Shown: one piece after another, positions 36,859-46,785 of the stretch | Layout: each line of letters opens with the position of its first letter | How positions within the stretch are numbered: position 1 is the first letter of the stretch | Origin: a virus | DNA: 64,000 nucleotides | Direction: 5' to 3' (one strand) | IMG/VR virus record: IMGVR_UViG_3300001199_000005 | Coordinates: 32,001-96,000 of that record | Position numbers and translations under genes: made by a program | Notes under the pieces: model-generated | Told to the model about the DNA's origin: nothing | The model's database searches: none | The model's input: only the letters and a program-made list of their open reading frames with translations

Positions 36859-37080
36859 TTAATTAAAACCAGTTATCCAATCTCTCATCTGGCGCTCAGT
36901 TGAGAGAAAACCGCTGAATAATAATATTGCACCTAATTGTAAAGCGGAATGCCCTTGTGTTTCAGGATGTTTATTCATGTCACTTAGAAAACTTGCGAAT
37001 GCTTCGCTTGTATTACCAGCATCCACATATTCCAACGCTCTCTGTTTGCACCATTCAAGGTGTTCTTTTCTTGTTGCCAT
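36859..37080 (-). CDS. Hypothetical protein
   Basis: 73 aa, EHLEWCKQRALEY. Confidence 0.6.
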   Translation of the reverse strand: MATRKEHLEWCKQRALEYVDAGNTSEAFASFLSDMNKHPETQGHSALQLGAILLFSGFLSTERQMRDWITGFN

Positions 37081-37249
37081 GTTGAATCAATTTAAATATT
37101 TTTCAGGTATATCTAAATAACCCCACTGTATATGAATAAAAGGAAGTATAAGGTTATGTGTTATTCCTGAAATTTCATGTATATCTGTGGAATAAATAAC
37201 CTTCCAGTACCCAAGTCCAATTATTAAACGAGGGTCAAATTTAAATGTC

Positions 37250-37507
37250 TTAAGTCTCTTTGTCATTTTTCATTAGGGGTTTAGGTAATGGTTGCCAATG
37301 TGTGGCTAAGAAATGGTGTGATACACTGCTTGAGGGGCTACTCATTAGACGTTTACCGTCGTAAGACATAGCTAGTGCTATTTTAGCACCGTTTTCATCA
37401 CCATCTGGAAAGTACCCTATTACAAGTGTTTCTATCGGCGGCATCTTCTTAGTGACGGGTATCCATCTACTGAAGAGAGAGGCGATAAAGTTTATTATCT
37501 TCTTCAT
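37250..37507 (-). CDS. DUF551-like phage protein
   Basis: WIPVTKKMP...THWQPLPKP. Confidence 0.75.
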   Translation of the reverse strand: MKKIINFIASLFSRWIPVTKKMPPIETLVIGYFPDGDENGAKIALAMSYDGKRLMSSPSSSVSHHFLATHWQPLPKPLMKNDKET

Positions 37508-38088
37508 GTCCGAAATTAGTGGTTATGTTTTATAAAAAGCTTTACGAAATTCCACAATAGGGTCTAAATTGTTATCTATTGCGTACCAGATGACTTCAAT
37601 CGTATCATCTATATCTATGCCTTTAATCTCTGCTATTGAGATTAGTAGCAATGCTACTAAAGTATTCATAATTTAGTTGTCTAGTTTTACTATGATTTAA
37701 ATTGTGATATTAAAAACAGTCTTTGTATTAGTAAATGAAATAGCCGCAGTGCATAACACCACGGTTATCTGATTAACCAATTAACATATCTTTAACCCTA
37801 ATGGGTAATTAGTTCAAAACAAAATCCGCCACCGCTAACCAAGCATAAGCTGGTTCAATCGAGCGATGACGGATTGTTTCTCGGCAGCAGCATGGTACAT
37901 GCATCATGGGCTCTAAGGCCATAGGTGTAAACTGCGTGCGGAGGTTTTTGGGCCCTTGTACTTCGGGACCTTTTTTACTGGCTTGTATTACTAATGCGAC
38001 GCCAGATTTTTTCATTCAATGCGCATAGACCAGATTCACCGAGGCTCAACAAAGTTAAGTCACGGCATAAGGTTCTGATTTACCTTCG

Positions 38089-38161
38089 TGCAACATACAG
38101 GGTTCGAACCTGTGACCCTCTCATTAAGAGTGAGATACTCTACCAACTGAGCTAATGTTGC
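38089..38161 (-). tRNA. tRNA-Lys(CUU)
   Basis: Canonical cloverleaf; TCTCA-CTCTTAA-TGAGA. Confidence 0.92.
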
Positions 38162-38266
38162 TTGAGGGCGTTACCCTCGTTTCTTTTTGTTTGTCAGCCG
38201 TATACTCTAATTACTTACCCATTTATGTAAAAACAATGTAAGTATACAATCATCATCAGGTATTTT

Positions 38267-38341
38267 GCCGCAGCTAAGGGAATCGAACCCATAGTAACCA
38301 ACCCAAGACTCTTAGACTTTCGTAGCATCTTGTAGCTGCGG
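38267..38341 (-). ncRNA. tRNA-like RNA or pseudo-tRNA
   Basis: 9-bp CCGCAGCTA/TAGCTGCGG stem and GGG-TTCGATT-CCC T arm; no canonical D or anticodon arm. Confidence 0.5.
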
Positions 38342-38391
38342 GTTTGTTTGTGTACTTTAAAATGTTAGGCTGCCACTTCACTAGCTCCGAC

Positions 38392-38739
38392 TTACCCAGT
38401 CCCAGAGCTACAAAGATTATCATATCTTACAGGGTATACATACTTTTTCCCCGGCACTTCAACATAACTATGAAAGCCATCTGTGTCTTTTATAAAACAC
38501 ACTACTTTGGACTTGTTATGTTTCTGTGGGAATAGTCGTGATTCTGTATCGAATTCGATAAATAGCTCGTCTTGAAGTACGAGTTCAAAATCGTTTTCAA
38601 ATTCCTCTACAGGGTAATTTTTTCCCGTATTGGCTACTACGCAACTATCGTTTTTACTAACGATAACTCCTACAATGAGGAGATTTGTTCTGTGTTGCCC
38701 GTCAACATGGACAAGCTGCTTTTCTTTTGTCTTTATCAT
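38392..38739 (-). CDS. Hypothetical protein
   Basis: 115 aa. Confidence 0.55.
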   Translation of the reverse strand: MIKTKEKQLVHVDGQHRTNLLIVGVIVSKNDSCVVANTGKNYPVEEFENDFELVLQDELFIEFDTESRLFPQKHNKSKVVCFIKDTDGFHSYVEVPGKKYVYPVRYDNLCSSGTG

Positions 38740-38761
38740 TTTTTTTTAGTTTGGTTAAATT

Positions 38762-38797
38762 AAAAAAGCTGGCATGGTTGTACAGTCCACGCCAGCC
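38762..38797 (-). terminator. Intrinsic terminator
   Basis: GCTGGCGTGG/CCATGCCAGC + T6. Confidence 0.65.
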
Positions 38798-39323
38798 ACA
38801 TTCTGCCTTATAATGGTGACTAGTCCACTCAATGGGACTACATTACAACTACCCCCTGCTTTTGGATAAATGGGTCTAACCAACCCTGGCATTTGTTGTG
38901 GGTATATTTCAACCCGGTTTTTGGGCTTTCGCCCGTTCTAAAATAAAAAACAAGGAAGTACCCGAAGGTAGAAGCTCTTCCTTGTTTATGAGGTCCTTAT
39001 GCGTTGACCTATTAAGGTCAACCGCTCGACCAGGAATGTGCTGCCCTGCACTAGCGTAGAACAAAAGGAGTACCGTAAAGGTAAGAGAATCTCCTTTGTT
39101 TAAAGTCAGGCTGGCCCGTAATATTTTATTACAGCATCGGCGGCCTGTGGTTTTTGTGCTCTCCTACACACGATGGGGACAGTAGCGAGTGCCAAATAAT
39201 GTGGCTCCGCTTTTTTGAGTTTTTCCCCGTGCTTTCCAGCATGCTCGGCTTAGGCTTTATTTATACTCATGCCACCGACTATATGGGTTTATGAGTTATC
39301 CTGGGGTTTTACTCCAGGATATT

Positions 39324-39554
39324 TTAGGTAAAGATTACAAGTGGTTCATCTTGTTCCAGAATTACAACATTGATATACCCGTTATCACCAGATAGGTTCA
39401 TGTTATATTCCGACAAAGTTGCACCATACGCTTCAATTTCATTTGTTGCATGTGACCACCATGCTTGTTGTGAAACCCAGGAACAAGCTTCCTGAAAATT
39501 GTTGTGGTTAAACACTACTGTTGCATGTAACCACCCTGAAAATACTAGTATCAT
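39324..39554 (-). CDS. Hypothetical protein
   Basis: 76 aa. Confidence 0.5.
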   Translation of the reverse strand: MILVFSGWLHATVVFNHNNFQEACSWVSQQAWWSHATNEIEAYGATLSEYNMNLSGDNGYINVVILEQDEPLVIFT

Positions 39555-39674
39555 ATATAATGGTTAATGTTAGTACTATTATGTAGAGATTAAACTACAA
39601 TACTGTAAAATTTCTAGTTTTTACATTCATGCAACTGTGTTTTTCACACCCAGCATTATATTGTAGTTTTAAAG

Positions 39675-39860
39675 TTAAACTTTTGGTCGTTGTTTGCGCA
39701 CGGGCTGTACGTTGTGGAAGCCTTTTTGTAAGATTCCATTGCCCTCTTTGTTCCAAATGTGGCTGCCATCTGGTCGTGTCTTGTGCGCCAAGCCCATTGC
39801 GTTCAAAATGTCCATGTTTGGCTTTTGAGTGCGCCTGCTTCTTCTTTGTGATGCTTTCAT
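39675..39860 (-). CDS. Small basic hypothetical protein
   Basis: 61 aa after an A-rich leader. Confidence 0.5.
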   Translation of the reverse strand: MKASQRRSRRTQKPNMDILNAMGLAHKTRPDGSHIWNKEGNGILQKGFHNVQPVRKQRPKV

Positions 39861-40001
39861 TGTTGTTTTCAGTTGATTTTGAGTTGATTTTTATTTATTC
39901 TTCAAGACTGTAGCGAATATTTGATGTGTTGGTATGAAAATTTTTAGCTTTTTACCACTTTCACTTGTTTTATTGTGATACCCTTGTGGCAAGGGAAGAA
40001 C

Positions 40002-40292
40002 TTAGCGCTTGGTTACTTCATAAGTGAAGATGCCAGTGGCAAATTCACGTGTTTGGTCGCAAGACAACTCTTTACCACGCATCTCTGCGGGAATATCAAG
40101 CTGGACCTCGGTTACACTGGCGCAATGACAGGCCAAGTGCATTGGCAATACGCCTAGCACATGCTTATTGTCAAGTACAGTCGCGTCTACAACGTGTTGC
40201 AATACAATTCCCCAAGTGTATCCTTCTTGCGAAAGATATTCGAGGAGTCCACTATGGCGTGACACTACTATATCTACAAATTTTGTTTCCAT
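40002..40292 (-). CDS. Csx16/VVA1548-like small Rossmann-fold protein
   Basis: VVSRHSGLLEYL...HV...VLGVLPMHLA...RGKELS; start taken at METKF. Confidence 0.6.
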   Translation of the reverse strand: METKFVDIVVSRHSGLLEYLSQEGYTWGIVLQHVVDATVLDNKHVLGVLPMHLACHCASVTEVQLDIPAEMRGKELSCDQTREFATGIFTYEVTKR

Positions 40293-40797
40293 CACATTCT
40301 GGCATTTTAATGGGTTAGCCTTCCCGTTTAGTTTTAGTGCTCTTTCTATTAAGCCCAGCATCAGGGCACCACAGTCATCAGAAACTATTTATTTTTACGT
40401 GCTGTGGACACGACATACTTAGTATGCGAAAAATAAGCCCCATTGTACACTTGCCTTATTACAGGCTGGGCTTTTTATTTATCCTCGTCGTGCATACGAG
40501 GTTTTCCATCCGCTCAGTATAGAGGTTCTTCGACCTCATCTACTAACTCAATATAGCCTAATCGAAGGCCTTTATCGAGTTCAGCAAGACTCTTTTGAGT
40601 CCAAGCCTCTGGACGAGACTGAACATCAGCAGGAGTCTGCTGGTCGCGGATTGCCCTATAGACCCACTCTACTGAGTGGTCTTCTGGGCGTCGTAATCCT
40701 TTCGCCATATAGATTAATGTTAGGAAGCCGGTTGTCCAGTTATCAGATATTGCGATTGCAATAGCAAGATTCGAACTCACATCTCTCCCTAACATTG

Positions 40798-40871
40798 TCT
40801 TCCCTACAAGATTCGAACTTGTAACCTACTGCTTAGAAAGCAGACGCTCTATCCAGTTGAGCTAAGGGAAG
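40798..40871 (-). tRNA. tRNA-Arg(UCU)
   Basis: CTTCCCT/AGGGAAG; loop TTTCTAA; T loop TTCGAAT. Confidence 0.9.
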
Positions 40872-40966
40872 ATGTTGGTGCTCCGTTTGAAGACTTTACA
40901 CATTTGCAAGGTGTGCTACCTCTTTTCTCTCTTAGTCAGACTAAGAGAGTAGGGCAAAGTTATGCC

Positions 40967-41551
40967 CTATTTGCTGACCGAGTCTAACCTGACTCGGTGC
41001 ATAATCCTACTGACTGGGTAGGTCAGCAATGTCGCAGGATTGAATCCTGCAGCATACATCTCTAACCAGTCTTTGGTTGTCAACTCACGTCCTTGAACGT
41101 GAACATGGCAACCGTGTAGGACTATGTTCCAGTGCGGAGCGTACTGGTCCACTAGCTCCTGATAGGAGCCTGTAGCAATACGCTTCCGCCCTTCGACAGC
41201 GAACCAGACCAGCAGCTTGGGAGCTTCCAAGTCCAACTTTTGTTGGAGTTCTTGGCGTTGCTCTGCAGCCAGAACCAATTGCTGAGTGCGAGTCAGCTTT
41301 TGGTCCTGTTTGCTGGTCTGGTTCAATCCCAGACTAATAAGCATATATATTTGTTTTATGTGGACTATCTCAATCACCACATCGTATTCCCCATGATTAC
41401 GGATTTTGCCGTATGGGAACTTATCTGTCGTCCAGACAGGAATGCTTTTATGTCGCTTAGGATTATTAACGACAACCCCTAACACAGTATGCAGATTCAA
41501 TATGAGTGCTGCATAAACTAAGCTGTGCTTTTTACTACCATGTAGGGACAC
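40967..41551 (-). CDS. Hypothetical protein (true start probably MLISLG near 41344)
   Basis: Long ORF in the early region. Confidence 0.5.
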   Translation of the reverse strand: MSLHGSKKHSLVYAALILNLHTVLGVVVNNPKRHKSIPVWTTDKFPYGKIRNHGEYDVVIEIVHIKQIYMLISLGLNQTSKQDQKLTRTQQLVLAAEQRQELQQKLDLEAPKLLVWFAVEGRKRIATGSYQELVDQYAPHWNIVLHGCHVHVQGRELTTKDWLEMYAAGFNPATLLTYPVSRIMHRVRLDSVSK

Positions 41552-41877
41552 CTTTCGGCGTTTGTTTTTAGTGGGTTTCCCCTCCTTTCACGGCTTTAAC
41601 GTGCAACCTTCTTTCAACCTGCTATTTCAAGGTGTCTGTCATTAGTTGGCGCATCCACTCTTTTGAAGTGAATGGGTAGTACCTTTTAACTAGAGGTTAC
41701 TAGGAGAGATTGGAGATACTCCAAGAACGATTTGCTCCTTTCTCAAGGGAGCTGTGGAACCCCGAAGGGTCTACTATTTAAGCATAGTTGCTTCCCGTCA
41801 TTCAGGATATGATACATGCACCTTTGCAGTGCAGTGTTCACGTAAGGATATGACTTCCTGATACGTGATTATTTCGA

Positions 41878-42126
41878 TTAGCACCCAGCCCGCTCCCTTT
41901 GAGCGTTTAATTGCTCAAGGGTGATGGTGTGCGGTACCTTTCCGCAATTGTACTTGTAGTACATTATTGCGAATTTTTTAATGTTGGATAACGTCCTGTC
42001 AGGGACGATTCCAACGAAAATAGATACATACTTTTTCAAGTATGTATCGTGCCCCAATTGTATTGGGGCTTTTTCAAGTTTTAGAGCGTTCAACAACGCT
42101 CTAAAAATAACTATGTTCTGTTCCAT
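41878..42126 (-). CDS. Hypothetical protein
   Basis: 82 aa. Confidence 0.5.
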   Translation of the reverse strand: MEQNIVIFRALLNALKLEKAPIQLGHDTYLKKYVSIFVGIVPDRTLSNIKKFAIMYYKYNCGKVPHTITLEQLNAQRERAGC

Positions 42127-42867
42127 ATATATAAATTATAAGTTAAACCACCTTACTACATTTCGGGTGGTAGTATTTGTTAGTTTTTCACGTTTTTAAA
42201 CGCACTAATACTCATTTCAAGATGAGATATAAGCCACATAAAAACGCATAAAACTTTCAGGGATTCTCACCCTAATACCCAGTGCTGTACCTTGTTAAAG
42301 GGAAGCGCACCATTCTCTTTCATCTCGATAGGGATTTCTATCTTGACTAATGTCGACTCACGACAATGACGAATCACCAATGCGTCCATTGGTTTGGATG
42401 GAGTAAGAAGCGCTCTAAGAACCTCCATCCCGCTGCGTTTGGATTCTACCATTGGGAAACCCCACAATGGTCGCAGTCTTTGTTCCTTCTCTGGTGTGGA
42501 GAAATCCACACTTCAATTTCGGGTTAGAACAAAACCCTTTGGGTTTTTCTTTCTTTTGTTTGTCATGGCGGTATTTGTTTTAAATCCATGTTTTTGGGGT
42601 TGGTTAGACCTTCCACGACAAACTGAGAAAAATGGATAGCTCTTGCGAGTTTTACAGTACCCTTGCGCTGATTACGTCAGCCTATACTCTTTCGAGCGGT
42701 ACACCCATACGGATTTTAAAGTGTTTACTCACTTGGGAAAAAAATTGGGGAAAAAGCAGGCGTATCGGCCATGTAGCTCTAAAGCTATCGGCTAGTCCGC
42801 CTTAAAAAAAAGGGAAAGGATTGATGGTCAGAGAGTTAGCTCTCTGAATCAATCCTTTTTTGCCCTA

Positions 42868-43335
42868 TTACCTTGCTTGCTTCACCTTCGGTGCTGCTTC
42901 TTCAATATCCACCACCAATGGATTTGGTGGTACGTCTTTTTTAGCTTTAGCTTTAGTTTTCGCAATTTTCGGCAACTCCTTGCCGAACCTTGCCCAAAAC
43001 TCTTCCTCGGTTGGGACAACAGACAAGAAAGTTGTAATGTCTTTTGTTTCGATAGTGGCTCTAATATACTCTACAATCCTTACTTGTCGGGTCATTTTGC
43101 GACCCCCCTTCTTCCCTTCAACCCAAACAGGGGTTAGTAACCCTGTAATTTTAATCCCGTGGTCTAACTTAGTCGGGTCATTGTAGTTTGGCTGCGAAAT
43201 GCCCTCGTTTGTGCAAGTGGGCTGTATAGCCCGCTTGAAACAGTATTGCCCTGATGAAATGCGTCCGAAGGTCGCATTAGATTCAATAACTTTGTCATTA
43301 GGGATTGTTGTTCCCTGAAATGTCCATTTTTCCAT
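42868..43335 (-). CDS. Hypothetical protein, first gene of the leftward arm
   Basis: 155 aa; followed by a hairpin + T run at 42804-42860. Confidence 0.6.
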   Translation of the reverse strand: MEKWTFQGTTIPNDKVIESNATFGRISSGQYCFKRAIQPTCTNEGISQPNYNDPTKLDHGIKITGLLTPVWVEGKKGGRKMTRQVRIVEYIRATIETKDITTFLSVVPTEEEFWARFGKELPKIAKTKAKAKKDVPPNPLVVDIEEAAPKVKQAR

Positions 43336-43725
43336 AACTTTTGCTCGGTTGTTCGATACCGAAAAACGTTTTTTTATGTATTTATAGTACCGTTTATGGG
43401 GGGGTATACGTTATCATGCACTCTCCCTCAAAATATACATATAATTTTTTTTTGGAAAAAAAAAATTTAATAGGTTATATTCTCTCCTTCAGAATACAGA
43501 ACTAAAAATTTTTTTATAAATTTTTTTCAGTCTAAGTCTTTCTATGGCTAAAGACTGACATCTTTTTAATGGCAGGAATAGACAGATGGAAAATTACTCA
43601 CTACTAGATTATATTAAGAAATGATTACTAATAACACATAGAAGGAATCACTTTCTAAAATAAGTAAAAAAACAGTGTTTCCTGCAAGCATAGGCACATT
43701 TTTAAGGTTTTTGATAATAGTCCTT

Positions 43726-43788
43726 ATACTACACCATGGGGTATCCCATACTACACCCTGTAGTATAACGTACCACACCCTGTAGTAT
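43726..43788. repeat. Three iteron-like 19-bp repeats at 22-bp period
   Basis: ATACTACACCATGGGGTAT, ATACTACACCCTGTAGTAT, GTACCACACCCTGTAGTAT at 43726, 43748, 43770. Confidence 0.8.
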
Positions 43789-43841
43789 AGCTTTATTTAT
43801 ACTATTAAATAATAGTATTAGGATATATGGTTTTTATACTA

Positions 43842-43849
43842 TATATTTG
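43842..43849 (+). promoter_or_regulatory. Bacteroidota-type -7 element for the rightward arm
   Basis: TATATTTG 18 bp before ATG 43868. Confidence 0.55.
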
Positions 43850-43867
43850 TAGTATAAATCAAACATT

Positions 43868-44326
43868 ATGAATGTAAATAAAATAATATCAGAAGAAAAA
43901 GTTAATATAGAAACAGGAGAACTATCTGTTCACCATAAGACAATTTCATACACACTAAAAAAAGAGCCTGAATTTGCCAAGCTTTACTTTAAAGATATTT
44001 GTAATTTACAGCTATTAAGTTCATCATGTCATTTAGTATTTTGGCAGATAGCAGAAATAATGGACTATAAAACTAATGAGGTTGTATTAGTAAAATCTAT
44101 AAAGGATAAGATAGCAACAAAACTTAAATGTAGTATTAAACTGGTTGAAAAGTGTGTGGACGAGCTTTATAGAAAAGAATTTCTATTTAGAACCGAGCGT
44201 TCTACTTACGTAGTTAACCCAAATTATATTTGTAAAGGTACTTGGGCAGATGTTGAAAAGATAAAAATGGAAATAGTATACACAGAAAAGGGTAGAGATA
44301 TAGTAACAACTTTTGAATCTAAATGA
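43868..44326 (+). CDS. RepL-like winged-HTH replication/DNA-binding protein
   Basis: VNIETGE, EPEFAKLY, HTH region, YVVNPNYICKG. Confidence 0.65.
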   Translation: MNVNKIISEEKVNIETGELSVHHKTISYTLKKEPEFAKLYFKDICNLQLLSSSCHLVFWQIAEIMDYKTNEVVLVKSIKDKIATKLKCSIKLVEKCVDELYRKEFLFRTERSTYVVNPNYICKGTWADVEKIKMEIVYTEKGRDIVTTFESK

Positions 44327-44967
44327 TTTATTTAATAACTAATAGAGAAAAAGGAATCTGTAAGATTGGGTTTAGCAATAACCCAGAAAAAAGATTATTA
44401 CAATTACAAACCGGCAATCCATATAAATTAACCTTAGAGTGTACTATAGACGGCTCTATAGATTTGGAAAGAGAGTTACACGAGCAATTTAAAAGTTTAA
44501 GTTTAGTTGGGGAATGGTTTAATTTTACTAAGGAAATTAAAGAATATTTTAGTATAACGGATTCAGCGAACTATATGGTCTTTATAGATAGTGTTGGGCA
44601 GTTCTTTGATATTAAGGCAGCAATAGATTATAAAGTATTAGCAAAATTATGTAGTATTACAGAATGGAATACTGGAGAGGTTAGAGTGTCTACATCCCTT
44701 AGACAAAAGTGGTGTAACGAATTACAAACATCTAATCAGAATTTAAGTAACTCACTTAGTAGGTTAAGTAAGTTAAAAATGATAGATGGTGAGAAAGGGA
44801 CTTATATTATTAATCCAGCTATATTTTGGAAAGGGGAAGCACAGAAGAGGGACGAGCTATTAAAGACTCAATCTTTACAGATTAAGTTTGAGTTTACACC
44901 TAGAGATAAAACAAATTCAAAGCAAAAAGAAAAACAGTGGGCAAAGGGTTCCTTTAATAATATATGA
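44323..44967 (+). CDS. GIY-YIG (T5orf172/Mug113-like) nuclease fused to a RepL-like HTH
   Basis: IYLI...KIGFSNNPEKRLLQLQTGNP...GEWF; C-terminal YIINPAIFWKG. Confidence 0.75.
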   Translation: MIYLITNREKGICKIGFSNNPEKRLLQLQTGNPYKLTLECTIDGSIDLERELHEQFKSLSLVGEWFNFTKEIKEYFSITDSANYMVFIDSVGQFFDIKAAIDYKVLAKLCSITEWNTGEVRVSTSLRQKWCNELQTSNQNLSNSLSRLSKLKMIDGEKGTYIINPAIFWKGEAQKRDELLKTQSLQIKFEFTPRDKTNSKQKEKQWAKGSFNNI

Positions 44968-44985
44968 TTTATCTAATAACAAACT

Positions 44986-46481
44986 GTGAGAAAAGAAACT
45001 GAAATGTCTAAAGAAATAGAAAGAGTGTTCATAGAAGTTCTTGACGACATCTATGACTTAGCTACAAAGATAAAGGCAAGGATTATTGCCCTTGATGATG
45101 CAGAACCAGGACCACTAGACCCTAGTCTTAGAATTAAGATTTTATTTGAGTACAGCACACATTATGAACTTAGAGAAATTCATAGTATGATTTTTGGTCA
45201 TAATGATAAAAATATTTTGTATTATCATAAACTTTATGAAGATTACATTGAAATTAAACTAGATTCAAGATTTAATGTGAAATGAGTGACAAATTAAAAC
45301 AATACCCAGACATACTAACTGTGCTTATTAATAGAGAAGAACTCGTAGAAAGATTATATTCTGAAGACCCAGAATTGATTAGAGAATCTACAAAGTATTT
45401 AAAAGATAACACACCGCCAGATTTTGTATACCACCATTTGAATACTATTATTTGTAAAAAAACAGCCTATGTTACAGTTTATAAGAAGAATCTCACTGTG
45501 CGTGGTAATGGCACTTTTGAGTTGTAATGCACCCTCTAGGTTAACATTCAAACCTAAAGAAGACGGTAGATTGATTATTATAGAGAATGCTAAGGTATTT
45601 ATTAGCTTTAACGGCTCTTCTCTAGGGATAATCTACATAAACGGAGTGCCTGTAGATTATATGATTAATGATGGAATTTTATATATAATAAGAAGAAACC
45701 ATGATAAAAAAATTAGGAACGCCACTCAATACTAGTGGCTATTTAAGAGGATTAATTCCCGACAACTGGTCAGAAGTAGTGTATGAAGATACAACAGGAT
45801 ACTCTATTAGAGTTAGGGCTAAAAACCAGGCAAGTTCATCTGATTGGGAAAGGATAAAGAAGAATATTAAAGATGAGTTTGAAGATAATTTTAAAGATAT
45901 AGTGTCTATTCTTCCTAACGGTTTAGATTTTATAGTTTATTTAAAGAAAGCTTTATGAAATTTGTACTTACTTCTACAGGTCTTGCACAACATAAGAAAT
46001 TAAGGAAAACTAATGTAACCCTAGAGGATGATGTAAAGAATGCTTGGTATAAAGGTATTTCAATAGAAAAAGCTTATGGTAAATACAGAACAATACTTAC
46101 TCCTTTGAGGTTAGAGAATATTCATCCAAGGATACACCAAGGTTATTTATTTATGTTTGCTCATATATATCCAGAAGTAATATTTATTAATGTATATAAG
46201 CTGCCCAAGACATTAAGATGAGGTCATCAGCACATAATGATTATTATTGGTTAGTATTAAGGATACTTGAGAGGCATATTAATATTACAGCTGAAAAACT
46301 GCACGAGCTGTTCAAACACATTAGAGGGTTAGAAACAACTACAAGAATGAATACTGAAGAGTTTTCTATTTATGTAGAGAGTATTATAGATGCAGGAGTA
46401 AATATTTTCAAAATAGACGCAAAGGAATTCGATGAACCAGAGGACAAAGGGACACAACTACGAAAGAGAAATCGTAAATGA
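44986..46481 (+). CDS. Run of small hypothetical proteins (44986-45285, 45282-45527, 45469-45735, 45701-45958, 45955-46221, 46218-46481)
   Basis: Overlapping same-strand ORFs; the last is NinB-like in pattern (LHELFK...TTRMNTEEFSIY). Confidence 0.55.
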
Positions 46482-46785
46482 ACTGAATGAGAAGGGGTAT
46501 CATACTGTAACTAGTAGACTTATGTCTAAGTTTATGGATGATAATAAGGTTGATGTAATAGACCATCCAGAAGCTGTTAAGAAAATACCTCATCATATAC
46601 AATGTAAGTCAACAGGTATTAAACCAGCTTACGAAAAGATTATTAAAGAGTTCAAGCTAAAAGATAGACCGTTAGTTATCTTTCATAAGTACACTAAAAA
46701 ACAAGCAGTTAAGCACACCTCACAAGGAGAGTTTGTGATTATGTCCAAAGAAACTTACTATAAAATGTTAGAGCAATGCCAATAA
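46432..46785 (+). CDS. Holliday junction resolvase-like PD-(D/E)XK nuclease
   Basis: KGHNYEREI...VD...IQCK. Confidence 0.65.
   Translation: MNQRTKGHNYEREIVNELNEKGYHTVTSRLMSKFMDDNKVDVIDHPEAVKKIPHHIQCKSTGIKPAYEKIIKEFKLKDRPLVIFHKYTKKQAVKHTSQGEFVIMSKETYYKMLEQCQ

Noticed and set aside
40755-40785. tRNA next to tRNA-Arg, and the N-terminus of ORF 40514..40795
   Set aside because: Only a T-arm-like GTGAG-TTCGAAT-CTTGC is visible; too incomplete to call. The ORF more likely starts at MAKGL.
1872-43186. Numerous short + strand ORFs in the left arm (and - strand ORFs in the right arm)
   Set aside because: Antisense shadows of longer genes with Ser/Leu/Phe-rich composition and no motifs.
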